DNA from: Selaginella moellendorffii
Taxonomy: Eukaryota > Plantae > Lycopodiophyta
DNA: 64,000 nucleotides
Assembly: GCF_000143415.4 (NCBI RefSeq)
Contig: NW_003314318.1
Location: 868,001 to 932,000 of the forward strand
Direction: 5' to 3'
Part shown: positions 26,801-38,708 of the stretch, piece by piece
Numbering within the stretch: position 1 is the stretch's first letter
Layout: every line of letters starts with the position of its first letter
Made by a program: the position numbers and the translations under genes
The notes under the pieces: model-generated
Told to the model about the DNA's origin: nothing
Seen by the model: only the letters and a program-made list of their open reading frames with translations
The model's database searches: none

Positions 26801-28213
26801 AACAAACTCTATAATCCTTGGTTCGCCCAACCACTGCACCGTTAGTCCAACTTGCCGGACTATATCTGCAGCCACAAAATTATCCGAAGCACCCATGTTA
26901 ATAAGGATCTTAACAAAACTACCTCCGAGCTTCCCTTAGAGGGCTAGTAGATGTCGCGAATGACTCTCTACCAAAGTTGCTCGTGTAATGAGTAACTTTG
27001 AGCTAGGGACTGGATCACATACCTCAATTTGGATGTCACCCGACTTAATGGCCATATTGGCTCTGGCCTTTTCGGGTAAGGACAAATGTCCCGCTTCACC
27101 GCAGTTGTAGCATGTGTTGTTTCCCACGCTGCTAAATTTCTTATCCGTGGGTTTGTCTCTTTTTGCTTGACTCCCCCATGTATTTGCTCGCTGGCCACCG
27201 GATTTGCCTTTCCGAAACCCCGAGGACTCATTCTTAGAGAAACTCTTCTTGAATTTCCCTTTGCTATACGTTCCCCTTGGTTTGGCCCCTTTGCTAAATG
27301 TGGACCCCGACCCCGTCACATTCCCCTTTCGCAGGTTATCGTTGAAATACACTTTGATGGCCGCATCCAACGCTTCCTTGTAGTTGGTCGGGTTCTAACG
27401 CATCACCTCACTGCGAGCCCAGGTTTGCAAGCCTGATATGAAGGCATGGAACGCATCCATATCCCCCATGTCCGTGACAAGTATCCTCTTTGCCATAAAC
27501 CCATTCACATACTCCTAAATGGTTCTGGTCTGCTTCAGCCTACTTAGCTCGTCTCTTAGATGTAGAGTAGCATTTGGAGGAACATAAGTCACGCGAATCC
27601 TCGCCTTCATCATTTCCCAAGTGGCCACCGGTCCTTCGTTGGCCTCTGTCGTTCTCCACCAAGACTTGGCATTATCTGCCAAGTATGGTTTTGCACATGG
27701 GACCTTCTCCGAGCTCAGTAACCGCAACCCTCAGAAGTAGTCCTCCATATCGTAAAACCAATCCTCCACCACCTTATAGTCGTTCACTCCCTTGAAGACC
27801 GGTGGGGGCTTTGGTTTGTACTTGGGAGCTGCCTGAGGGACTGACTCCACTTCGGTCTGATCGACCTTGTTTAGCTTTGCCTCAGTCCCTACCGAAGGGT
27901 CAGCGCTGCCAGCATCCGTAGTCTTTTGCTTTTTCTTCTGCTTCTTATCATGCTTTAGCTTGCGTATGAGAGTCTCTAGCAGGGCATTGGTCTGTGCCAA
28001 TTGTCCTTTTAGAACGTCCAATCGAGCCTTGGACAACTGAACTTTGCCACTAGACTCCTGTTTGGAAGTTGCCTCATTGAAGTCCTCCTCATGCAAGGAT
28101 TCCTCATCCATAGCCTCTTGTTCAACCGGAGGCTCTAGCTCTAGCTCTAGCGGAGGTTCCATCTCCACCTTGGTTCGCTTACACCCTGCCTTTGCCATTT
28201 CCCAGCAATCCAC
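23451..28213 (-). pseudogene. gag-pol of the gypsy element (gag/CCHC, protease, RT, RNase H, integrase, chromodomain)
   Basis: CYNCGEAGH knuckle; ILINMGASDNF (degenerate DTG); [12 protein letters not shown]-like and YINDILIYS; DASDFALG; IN HHCC and VVVDRFSK; FAGPYE; chromodomain. Many C-to-T nonsense codons. Confidence 0.92.
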
Positions 28214-30148
28214 CTCTATCCTTCACTAAAACTGAGGAAAAGGCTCCGATACCAAATTGTAAGCCACAAATTTTTCCCTTCCAATTTGCCAACTTACCTC
28301 GTCTATCCGACCAACACCGCTTTGGCTTTAGCTAAGTTCTCTCGCCAAGGTTCCTGCCTATGGTACCAGCTCCTACTTGGTCCTACTTGGTTTCAACTAC
28401 TCACTGCACGAGCAACGGAGCGTTAGCCATCCATCCACAGATTCCCAAATCTCTCTCAATCCCCTTCCCCGGGTTAGATTGGACTTAAGGTTCGGCAACA
28501 CTCCCCACAGACACAAGCAGCCAAGGACACCAAGCCTCCATATTCCTAACATCCCTTGGTACCACAAGACTTGATCATGGGACCCTCTAAATCCCAAGTC
28601 TTGAGTGCAACACATGCTTTGGGACGCCGGGGCGAAACACCATGGCCTAACAGCCCGATATGGGTACCTCTACCCCCCCACTTCCATCCCGAAGGGAAGG
28701 TCCAAACCCCTAGGAAGGGCGAGGACCAATGAGCCACAAGGTACTCAAGTGGGGCACCACTCCACATGAGCTGGGAGCACCGCAGTCGGTTTCCCTTTTG
28801 GGAGTGGGAGTTGCTCTTGAGCACTTCCTTGGATGGCCCCTCCGGCACCAACGTAGTCCATGCTCACTCCCACCCAAGGCCCCTCGGTCCCAGTCTCAAC
28901 CTTAAGTCAGTTTGGAAGCCCTACTGAAGAGTTCCTTTAAAACTTGTTCCTGGACCTCACTATCTCTACTATACTTTGAAACCCCCTACAACCCCCACCC
29001 CCCCCCCCCCCCGCTGGGAGACGCACGCTTTGGGCTTTCACCCCTTGACCTGTATTAATATTCGGACTCGGTCTCAGACTCGATCTCGGACTCGATCTCG
29101 AACCCGACTTTGGACTCGATCTCGGACTCGATCTCGGACTTGATCTCGGACCCGATCTCAGACTTGACTTCAGACTCGATTTCGGACTCGGTCTCGGACC
29201 CGATTTTGGTTCTCGGACTCTGTCTTGAACTCGGTCTCCGAGTCGGCCTCAGACTCGATCCCGGACTCTATCTCGAACTCGGTCTTAGAGTTGGTCTTGG
29301 ACTCGATCTCAAACTCAGTCTCATCCGATGAACTCTTTGTTATTTCGGTCATGCTTTCAGGGATCCTTTAGCCTACGACACCTTGGGGAGTTGGTTCATT
29401 ATATACAACTCCTATCATCATCCACCTACGAAGGACAAAGTGGATGATTTGTTTATCCCATTTTATAGTATGTGGTTTATCTAAAGAGATTCTTACTTAG
29501 TGGAAAGGTCTATATCGGTGTTGTGGCAAATTGGACCATAAGTTTATGAGGTTTGACATGACATCCAATAGGCCGATCCTCTAGAAATTATGCATATGCA
29601 ACAAGTAAAACACTTTGTATAAAGGGATCAGGAACAATTCGCACCACCTACAGATCCATCAATACCTCTTCCTGATGTTCCTTCAGATCCGAGCCCATCC
29701 ATAAGAGAACCCTAATAAAGCTCTATTTCGTTAAAGTGGGAATTGTCATTATCCCACTTGTAAAATAAGGTTTCCAAACCTTTATATAGTATATAAATAT
29801 AACAAAATTCAACTGCATTGAGGCACATGCCATTTTATTTTAAACAAGGAAATGTCTACTCAATCACTTCTCACTGCTTCACCTCTCTCTTCTCCTTGTC
29901 ATTGTCGTCCAATTTCTTTCCATCCTTTTAATATTGGCTCAGTTGCTCCGAGTCTAGGTGGAGCCCAAGTCCCCATTCAATCTTTACTTTCCCCTTATTA
30001 ATAAAACAACTTCGTAGACTTCCAATAACATGCTGTAACACTTCTAGTATAATGCAAATCCTCTCAAAGAATTGTCTTTTAATATTAATACAATGGCATG
30101 GAACCCCATGCCATAATAAGTTACATTTTTAAATAAATACATGCCATC

Positions 30149-33100
30149 TCAAACTGTTATTTTTTGCCTCCAACGCCTATACAATAATCTTGGAATTTCA
30201 TCACTCTCCACACTATCAGGATTTAAACCCAATAGTAATGCCATCTCTTCTCTAATACGTCCACGCTCATGTTCAGTGGTCGAAGAACCCATCCGGTTGA
30301 GCAGATTATGGAGATGCGGATAGTGCTTGGCTAGACAATATACATGCCATAAATGATGACTGGTGTCTGTCCGATCAAATGGCTTCTGATATACTGTTCC
30401 ATCTGCCATTTGGTTGATTTCTGCAGCCACCTCCTGGACTGGCCGGTTCTCTATCACCATCGCTTCAAGCCGTTTTGCAAGGTCCCCCAGAACATACGGT
30501 TTCTTCTCCCTAGTTTCCATACTGCAAGAGATGGGGTGCACTGCATATGTGTGCGTGTTCGCTGCAGTTTTAATCGGCGAGTCATCGATGATGAGGATTT
30601 CACTTGACCTAGCAGTCCGGTTCATCACTACAGCCTCTGCCTTGACGAAGATGGGCTTGCTACCCCTCACATGGACCATAGTCAAGCAATCCTCCTGCTT
30701 TAGGAGAAAGTCAAATGGTAATATTACTCGCGTCTGATCGTGCATCATCTGTAGCAACGTTAATGCATTGTGGCGCATCATGGATGTCCAAACTCCCAAT
30801 TGCAAATTGAACCCGGCCCTCTGTTTTAAGTGTCGCATGGTCATTATTAGATCCCGCAGTTTCTCCCGTGTGATTAATGTGAATCTGTCTCTTTTGACCA
30901 ACTTGCGACCGCAGGCTTTGGAGGGTGCAGTGACATTCGAGGACGAGCCACGCTCATGGGAGAAAAGGACACCGTTCAGATCAAAAACGATACAGTACTT
31001 TCGCCGTGACTCTGAAATGAAATGCGTTAGCATAAAAAATGGTACAAGTCAATTTTACCATCTACAATATTAGCGAATGGTGCTCCCGATGGTCGTTGAG
31101 AGGGTTTTGGTCGAGGAAACGTGAAGGGCGGAAATACTCTCCTCTGCAATGTGGGGTCAATCACATCCGATGGCGTGTGGGCACATGCCATTTCAGCTGT
31201 AGACTCTGGTACAACTGGCTCAACAGTGGCATGGGGTGGTTCCGATGGCGTGTGATCACACGCCATTTCAGCTGGTGCCTCCGTTGGCAAAGTGGACATG
31301 ACCGAACAGGCAGCAGGGGCGGTGTAGGGAGGTTCCAACGGCGCGTAGTCAGACGATTGGGCACACGTTGGAAATGAGGATACGACCGGCTCGGCGGCTG
31401 GGGCGGCCTCATGCGGGTCCAATGGCGCCTGGTCACCGTCAGTTGGATACGTGGACAAGATTGACTCAGTGGTATGGGCAGCATCAAGTGGAGCGTGGTC
31501 AGCTTGCTTGGCGTTGATATGGATAGTAGCCTCCACCAGCTCTGATGACTCTTGCAGGCAAGTAGAGTCCACTGGCGGATCCATATGCATGTCCAAATAT
31601 CTCCCTTCGATTGAGATGGTATCCTCCCGTGCTACTAAAAACAAACTCATTAGCACATTGAATCGACTATACTGTATTTACCATCAACTGCTATTGAGGA
31701 ACTAGGACCGATATCACTTGGGCGCACTGCTGATTCTGAAGGATTGGACATACGTTTCGACCCTTGCTTGGCACTATCCTTCCTCGACACTAAAGGCTAG
31801 AGTTTGTATCTTAATTCAACTGAATAATCTCTACTTACCATTTCTTCTGCGACCTACATGGACAATGTTAGAAATGGTAAAAGGTTAGGAATGGATGTAC
31901 TATTATTTACCTGATGGTTTGTCTTGTATGACCTTCCTCCGCTGCTCTTTGGCCACCTCAGGCTGGCCATCATCGTCATCATCGTCATCGTCGTTATTGT
32001 GATCGTCACCATTGTGAGGACCATCCAAGTCCTCTTCGTCCTCCTCTTCTTCGTCCTCCTCTTCTTCGTCCTCCTCTTCTTCGTCCTCCTCTTCTTCGTC
32101 CTCCTCTTCGTCCTTCTGCTCTTCCTGCTCATTATCTTTCTCTGGCTCCTCATCCCCCTCTTGCATTTCTTCCATAGGCTGCTCAGGCTGGATTGCTTGT
32201 TTTTCCAGGACCATCTTGGAAAAATCATCTGGCCGAGTCTCCATCTCAAAATACAAGACATCCATAGCCTGTTTTAGTGCGTGACCTAGGACCGTATCCT
32301 CACCCGACTGTCTTAACATGGTTTCTGCACGTTCTTGCACCCTTCGAAGACGACGAGATGAGAAAAACGTGGCCCTGACTTGAAAAGCATCCCTCATCCA
32401 TTGTACCTCTCCATTGAGATTGGGGAAGGGGAGTCCGCCATAGGAATCTGAGTCAGAAGGTGGTGACTGGCTCCTTTCACTCAGCCCTTGATCTGCAATG
32501 AATGGCATGAGCACACACGCCATAACCGCGAGGCATTACCTATCATCTTTTCGTTGCCCTTCTTCCTTTTCGAATCAAACGCCTCTGATCCCGACGACTG
32601 TCCAACGTGCTTTCGCTTTTTATGACCACTGTCAGTTTGAGCTTGGCTGGTGCTTGCCTGTTTTGCCTTTGAAGAAGTGTCTCCTGCAAGGAATGGCATG
32701 AGACCACACGCCATTGCAAATATAATTTGTACCTCCTTTTTTCCTATTGCTTGTCTGTTTGTCCTTCTTCGACGCGCCACCAGTGCGCTTTTCAGTCCTC
32801 GTGTCTGAATATTCACAACGATCTATAATCAAAATGGCGTGAGGCCTCACGTGACCTTACCTTGTGCAAGTTGTGACCTCGGCCTAACATCAGTAGCTGT
32901 TAACGCCGTTTCAGCATCTGGGGGTGGCCACGCTCCTGCATACAGAGCTTGTGAGATAACATTTAAACTTAAAGTGCGTACTCACCAGGTTCGTAGAGAA
33001 GATACTGTTTTTCTTTGGCAACTGTAATTATATGCTCCATTGAAGTCACCTCTTCAATGGAGTTTGTCACCGCAACACACGGGACACCCTTGAGTAGTGC

Positions 33101-35769
33101 GGCTCGAAAGAATAGTCTGCCGCAGTTGTACTCGACAACGCATTTGCCCTTGGAGTCACCCGCTATTGCGTTGAAGACCCAGCTGAGCATTTCCCATGCT
33201 GCACCTGGAGCTTTCTTTGGATTCGAAAGCTCCATAGCCGTCTTCAGTTCCTCAGGCACGGGTAAATTGACCTCCCTCAGATCAATTCGATCGGCTTTGT
33301 TGAACGAAGCTGGGAAGTCACTCCAGTCCCACTCTGCTGCAGGACCAATAACAAGGGCGACTGTGAAGATGCGGACATTCGTCGGTATCTTCTTCTTAGC
33401 CATTATCCCATGGATCTCCCGCATCTCCTTGCCTTTCAACCGAGCCTTCACCTCGTTCAAGGCCTTCCAGAACTTGTGATAGGATTCGGAGTCGTAGATC
33501 ATATAGTGGACTGAAGATTCCACCTCCGCAAGTCCCACCATTAAGTCAATGATGGAGCTGACTTCGTCTGCATGAGTGATCTCCTCGTTTGTGAAGTCCA
33601 TCACACAAAAGATGTTCTTGACCTGCTCATCTCCGCGGGAAACGATGCTCCTCCACCTTTGATCCTCATCCGAATTCACGTATACCCGGTAAGGTTCTCG
33701 ATAGGCCTCTGCTGCGGGGTCGAGCTGTTTCTGAAGCCGGCGGTCGACATCCCTCTTAATGAAATTTGGATACTGATCCAACTTCTCAGCTTTACTTTTC
33801 GTGGCATCCCGCAGCAGATCGATGAACTTGGGGGCCCCCTTCACGTACTCGTCGATGTCTTCATTTGACAAGTCCAGCTCTTCCATCATCTCTTGCGTGG
33901 TGTCGATGCTCACCCTCGCCACGGCCACTTGCTTGAAGATCCAATCCTTCAATAGTGCACGAGCTCTCAGAGTCGTGCACAAGTCCTCGTATGTCACAAT
34001 ATGGCCGGGAGTCATTTTGGTCTTGTTGAAGACTACCTCACCAAGTAGAAGAGCATTAGCCACTGTCAGAAGGTCGTCGTCGTCTAGAGACCGCGAGAAA
34101 CGCAAGGCGTTGAGCTTCAAATCATTGGGCTTCCGGCCGTCCTCCACACCCATTGAGTTTAGCAACTCCCCGTCATGGTACCTCCTTAGCACATCTACCC
34201 ATTTGTCAAAAACAACTTTTGTCGCGAGTAGAATGTTATGGATGCTGAGTGTGTCATTGACCCCCAGTGTTTTCGAGAGAAGACTCGAGAATTCCTGCAA
34301 TGGAAATGGCGTGAGGCCACATGCTATGCCACATGCAACGAGGCTTACCTGCCAGGCGCTAGTTGCTAGTGCACGTCCTTGTCCTGGTTTTTGTGGCTTC
34401 TTCAGTTGAACCCAGAGCTTCCGTGTTCGTGCCAATGTCTCGTGCAGACCCGATTTGTAGCACGTTTCTTGCTTGACATTCTGCGCGTGGGAGATGTATA
34501 TGATAGATCGGAGGGGCGAGTTGCCTTTTATCAGGCGGACAACTCTTGTCTTGAAGACTTTCTTCACCTCCTCGCCCACCATAATATCCACAACTATCTG
34601 TTGCATCGCCAAACTAGAATGCTGCCCGGAGACGGCATAGAACCGGATGTTCTGATCGTCCAACACCTTCCTATTGATCAAGTCTGGAAACCTCGTCTCG
34701 CCCTTCATTGTTCGGTAGTAGGGGATCACGTCTGCGATGTCGGGTGTTACTGGACTTGCCAACATCTTCTGCTTCAGTTTCTCCACCCACTCATCAGATA
34801 CTAGCCTGTGGTTGTATTTGCTTTGGATGTCGATACGGCTCACGTCGATTGTATATACTTTGTTGGAATAGTAACAAGTACTATTATCTGCGACGATTTT
34901 TGCTGCCTCTTCTTGCTCTTTCTGCTCTTTGCGGCTCTTCTTTTTGGTGGGTGTAGTGTTCGAACCCGAGGCAATGGCATCACCGAGTAGCTTCTTTTTT
35001 GGAGCAGCAGAGTCGGACGTCGGCTTGAGCTTGACCACCCTTTTCTGCTTCGGGGTAGTTTCCAGATCGACCCCCTTCCCCTTCGCTTCGCAAACTGGAG
35101 GCACTCTCAACGGCTCAATGTTGGAATATAGTTTTTGAACATCGCCGTAGGTGAGGTCCGTGGATTCCATGTGATCTTCATAGACCCGCAGCGTCTTTGA
35201 AATTGTGGGCCTCCTGGACAACCTCTCCCTAGCTCCCTCTAGGAATTCCTCATAGCCGCTGCCCCCCTCCGGGAAGCCGCTAGGATGTGCAAGGTGGATC
35301 TTGAAGGCGGACGCTGTCTCTACCACAAGTGCCAGTCCATATTCTTGCATGGAACTGCATGGAGTGTCTGTCACTTAGATGAGGATCCCCATGCATTCTT
35401 TTCTCCCACCATCTGTGTTGTACAGCATCAGATCCTCGCCTTCCATCCCGAAAGTCCAACTGGTGAGCTCCTCCCCCTTCTCTGCATCCACATTGACAGT
35501 GGTTGGAAGAAGAACGCAATTCCTCGCCTGTTCAAAAATGCACAACAATTAGAGCTGACAGATGAAAAGCTAGCAGCTGGAAATAACGTGAGGCCACACG
35601 CCATTCACCACTGCATCAGATGTCTTGAGGCTGCATCCTAAGATGGCGTGAGGCTACACGCCATCTGTAACCGGACTGCACTCGAGAGCCCAATCGGTGC
35701 ATGCCAATGTTGCTACTGAATGGCATGTGGCCTCATGCCATTTTCTACTTCGTCTAAAAGACTTACCAT
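30149..35769 (-). CDS. Cargo gene copy 2: predicted 11-exon, ~1647-aa ParB-like / amino-MTase-like / FCP1(NIF)-HAD protein (one premature TAA at 35375-35377)
   Basis: Exons: 35767-35769 (ATG), 34349-35527, 32986-34294, 32861-32935, 32733-32822, 32540-32683, 31911-32492, 31839-31853, 31682-31789, 31059-31634, 30149-31011. All introns are GT-AG; total 4944 nt in one frame. Motifs YNHR...AVSGQHSSLA...HAQNVKQE (ParB-like), KAP...VVEYNCG...AALLKG (MTase motif X/I-like), DLNGVL, VWTS and IIDDSP.K (FCP1/NIF). Confidence 0.8.
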
Positions 35770-38708
35770 TTGAAGCCGAATGGAGGCCGTGACAATCGAG
35801 GCCGGACTCGCTGGCGAATGTGCACTGTGTGTGCAGCGGATCGTAGCAGCAAGGCTACTCTGCCACTTACAGTTGGAGAGTGGTGCTGAAATCTCCCGGG
35901 ACGCCAAGTGGGCTGCGTGTGGGTGGTGGAGTGGGCGGCGGAGTTGGCGGCGAAGTTACAAACTGGGTGTGTCTTGAAGTGGACGCCGATGCACACGAGC
36001 GCGATGCGAGCGCGAGTGTGATGCAAGCGCGAGTGGACGCCGATGCACACGAGAAACCTGTAGAGAAGTGAGCGTGATCGCGAGTGGGAGCGCGATGCGA
36101 GCGGGAGCGCGAGTGTGATGCGAGCGCGAGCGCGAGTGTGCGAGCGCGAGTACAAAGCAAAATGCAAAACCTAACCTCACATGCGCGAAATGTCACAACG
36201 GTTGGTAATCTCGCCACGTCATCATTCCTCGGACTTGGGCGCCACCATTAATTTCTGGATTGCCGCGCGCATGCAAGCACGCAAAATCCAAAAGAAATCC
36301 GCAACGTCATCATTCCTCGGACTGCATGCACGCGAAATCCAAAAGAAAGATCATGATTGGGATATCATTTAATACCCTCGCTATATTTATACCATGCATG
36401 ATTGGATATTCCAAAGCATCTTGTATTTCCAAAAATGGCAGATGTTCAGCTAAATAAAGAAATTCTATCTGTTTCTATTTTTCTCTCAAATCAATATTAT
36501 AGCGTGTGGGCTCATGCAATTTTGAACCAAAGAAACCTAAAAAACGTTGGACCCAAAATATTTTGAAAAAACCCAAAAAACCCTAAACATTTTAAACCCA
36601 AAAATCCAGGCGTCCTGTGGCGTTATTCCTTGAATGGCGTGTGGGCGCATGCCATTTTCAGGGCCAAATGCTGAATGGAGAAAAATTCCCTTTCAGTGCA
36701 AATGCTGCAAGAGGCAGATGCCGAGCACAAAGGACTGTAACTACCTCACATGACACAGATAAACTTTTCTCTATTTGGCAAAGATAAACTTTATAGCGTG
36801 TGGGCTCATGCAATTTTGAACCCAAAAAATGCACCAAAAAATTCTCGGCGTCATCTGGCATTATCTCTTGAATGGCGTGGGGCCGCATGCCATTTTCAGG
36901 GGCACATAGGAGTATATTCCTAGGATATTCTGACACGCGCGAGATTTTTTTGAGTTTTCTGGAGATCCAACCGTTAGATTGCAACTAGATTTTACAAAAT
37001 GGTATACAATGTCTTTCTTGATGACCCTGCAAAGAAGCATCTCAATCGGACACCACATGAGACCACACGAGCCTTACAATGTTTCAGGGGCATTTGCCAT
37101 AGATCCGACCGTTATTTTGCTCCAAGATTTTACAGTTTGGTGTGCATTGACCTTTCCATCGACACTACAAAGGGACATCACAATCAGATGCAGGATCACA
37201 AGAAACTAACTTCACTAACTCTGGTTTCACCAAGATCTACGTAAAGAGTTATGAAATGAAAGGACCCTCTCTATTGAAATGTGTTTATGGTCCTAGTGAC
37301 ATATCAAAGGATTTTGCATCAAGTTCTGTATTTGCATGTTTATCAAGCTACTGAATTGCTAAACCCTAAACCCTAAACATGTGGCAAATGCTGCGTGAAG
37401 AAAGATGCCCTTTCTGGGCAAATGCTGTAAGAGGCAGATGCCGAGCAGATGTATCTCAGGCTAGCGAAGGGGACGAACGAAAGCTAGCTATAAACATGAC
37501 GGGATGCAAATAGATTACTAGGCTGGTCCTGCGAAAATCAAAAACCATAATTGAAAACATTGAAAATGCAAAAAGAAAGGTTTATAATATTTTTGAATTT
37601 TAGGCAACCAAAGGAATGTAAGTAGGGCATGTGTTTGTAAGTTTAAAAATGCCTCAACCACTTAAATTCCCAAGTAAATAAAGCTGTTTCTATTTTTGGT
37701 ACAGGTAAACTTTATAGCGTGTGGGCTCATGCAATTTTGAACCCAAAAATGCACCAAAAAATGCTCGACTAGCATTATTCTTTGAAATGGCCTGTGCGTG
37801 AGTTCGAGCATTATTCTTTGAATGGCGTGTGGCCTTATATTGCCATAAATGGACGTACACACACAGCGTAATTATTCCTTTACACGGCGAATAATCTTGG
37901 CGCGGATCGCTGACATGGCATGGCAAAGTTCGAATCACTGACATGGCACAGCTGGATCGAGGCAAGGACATGATGTGACAAAGCTCAACCTCTGACAGCA
38001 AAGTCTAGAAGCTACTCAGTTTGAAATTTGTCAGAGGAATCATAAGATCTGGTTTGTCAGAGGATTTGATGTGACGTTCAAGCGTGTGTTATTTTTGAAT
38101 TCTCGAACTCATTCCTAGGTCTATCATTTTTGTGCGCCGTGTTCTTGGTTCCGCTGAGCGCAGTGAGCGCTGCTTGTGTAAGCAGCGTTGTGGGCTGTGG
38201 TTTATGCGTCTACGAGCGGTTGCGGCATTGCGAGCGCCATTGCGAGCGGCAGTTTATGCGAGTGGCAGTTTGTGCGAGCGGCGCTACGAGCAGTTGCGGT
38301 GTTGCGAGCGGCGCTACGAGTAGTTGCGGTGTTGCGAGCGGCACTGTCTTTGGTGTGGCTACCGCTTCCTCTTGATATTCGGCACTTGTGCTTCCTGGTA
38401 TGTTCACCATGGAATGGCTTAGGACCACATTTAGAAATGGCATGAGGCCACATGCCATCTTGGGCCCTTGCAATTTCATGGCTAGCGTATTGTCATGTAT
38501 GTTTTTACTTGCCTGCAGCTGTGTGTATATCAAGATGGCATGAGGCCTCATGCTAATTTTGTGAATGCGAAATTTCACGTGGGTGTCAATAGCATGTTTG
38601 AATAATGGCATGTGGCCTCATGCTATTGAGGTTGTTTGGTATGTTATGATTTAGGCCATTCTCCAATCATTTTTTGTATGGTCTTAACTTCTTTTCTGCA
38701 CTTTCAGA

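Larger units (their letters stand above)
6740..29407 (-). mobile_element. Ty3/gypsy chromovirus-type LTR retrotransposon (decayed)
   Basis: LTRs have TGTAAG...CTTACA ends. 5' LTR is 28258-~29405. 3' LTR is 6740-22132 (~1135 bp net), interrupted by transposon copy 1 and a solo LTR. tRNA-iMet PBS TGGTATCGGAGC at 28243-28254, PPT at 22133-22147. Order gag-PR-RT-RH-IN-chromodomain. Candidate TSD CTATC (6735-6739 / 29412-29416, slightly offset). Confidence 0.92.

Noticed and set aside
26970-27024. Possible third intron (GTATGT...GGTAG) between gag and protease
   Set aside because: The frame is open without splicing and removal of 55 nt would shift it; unsupported from this decayed copy.
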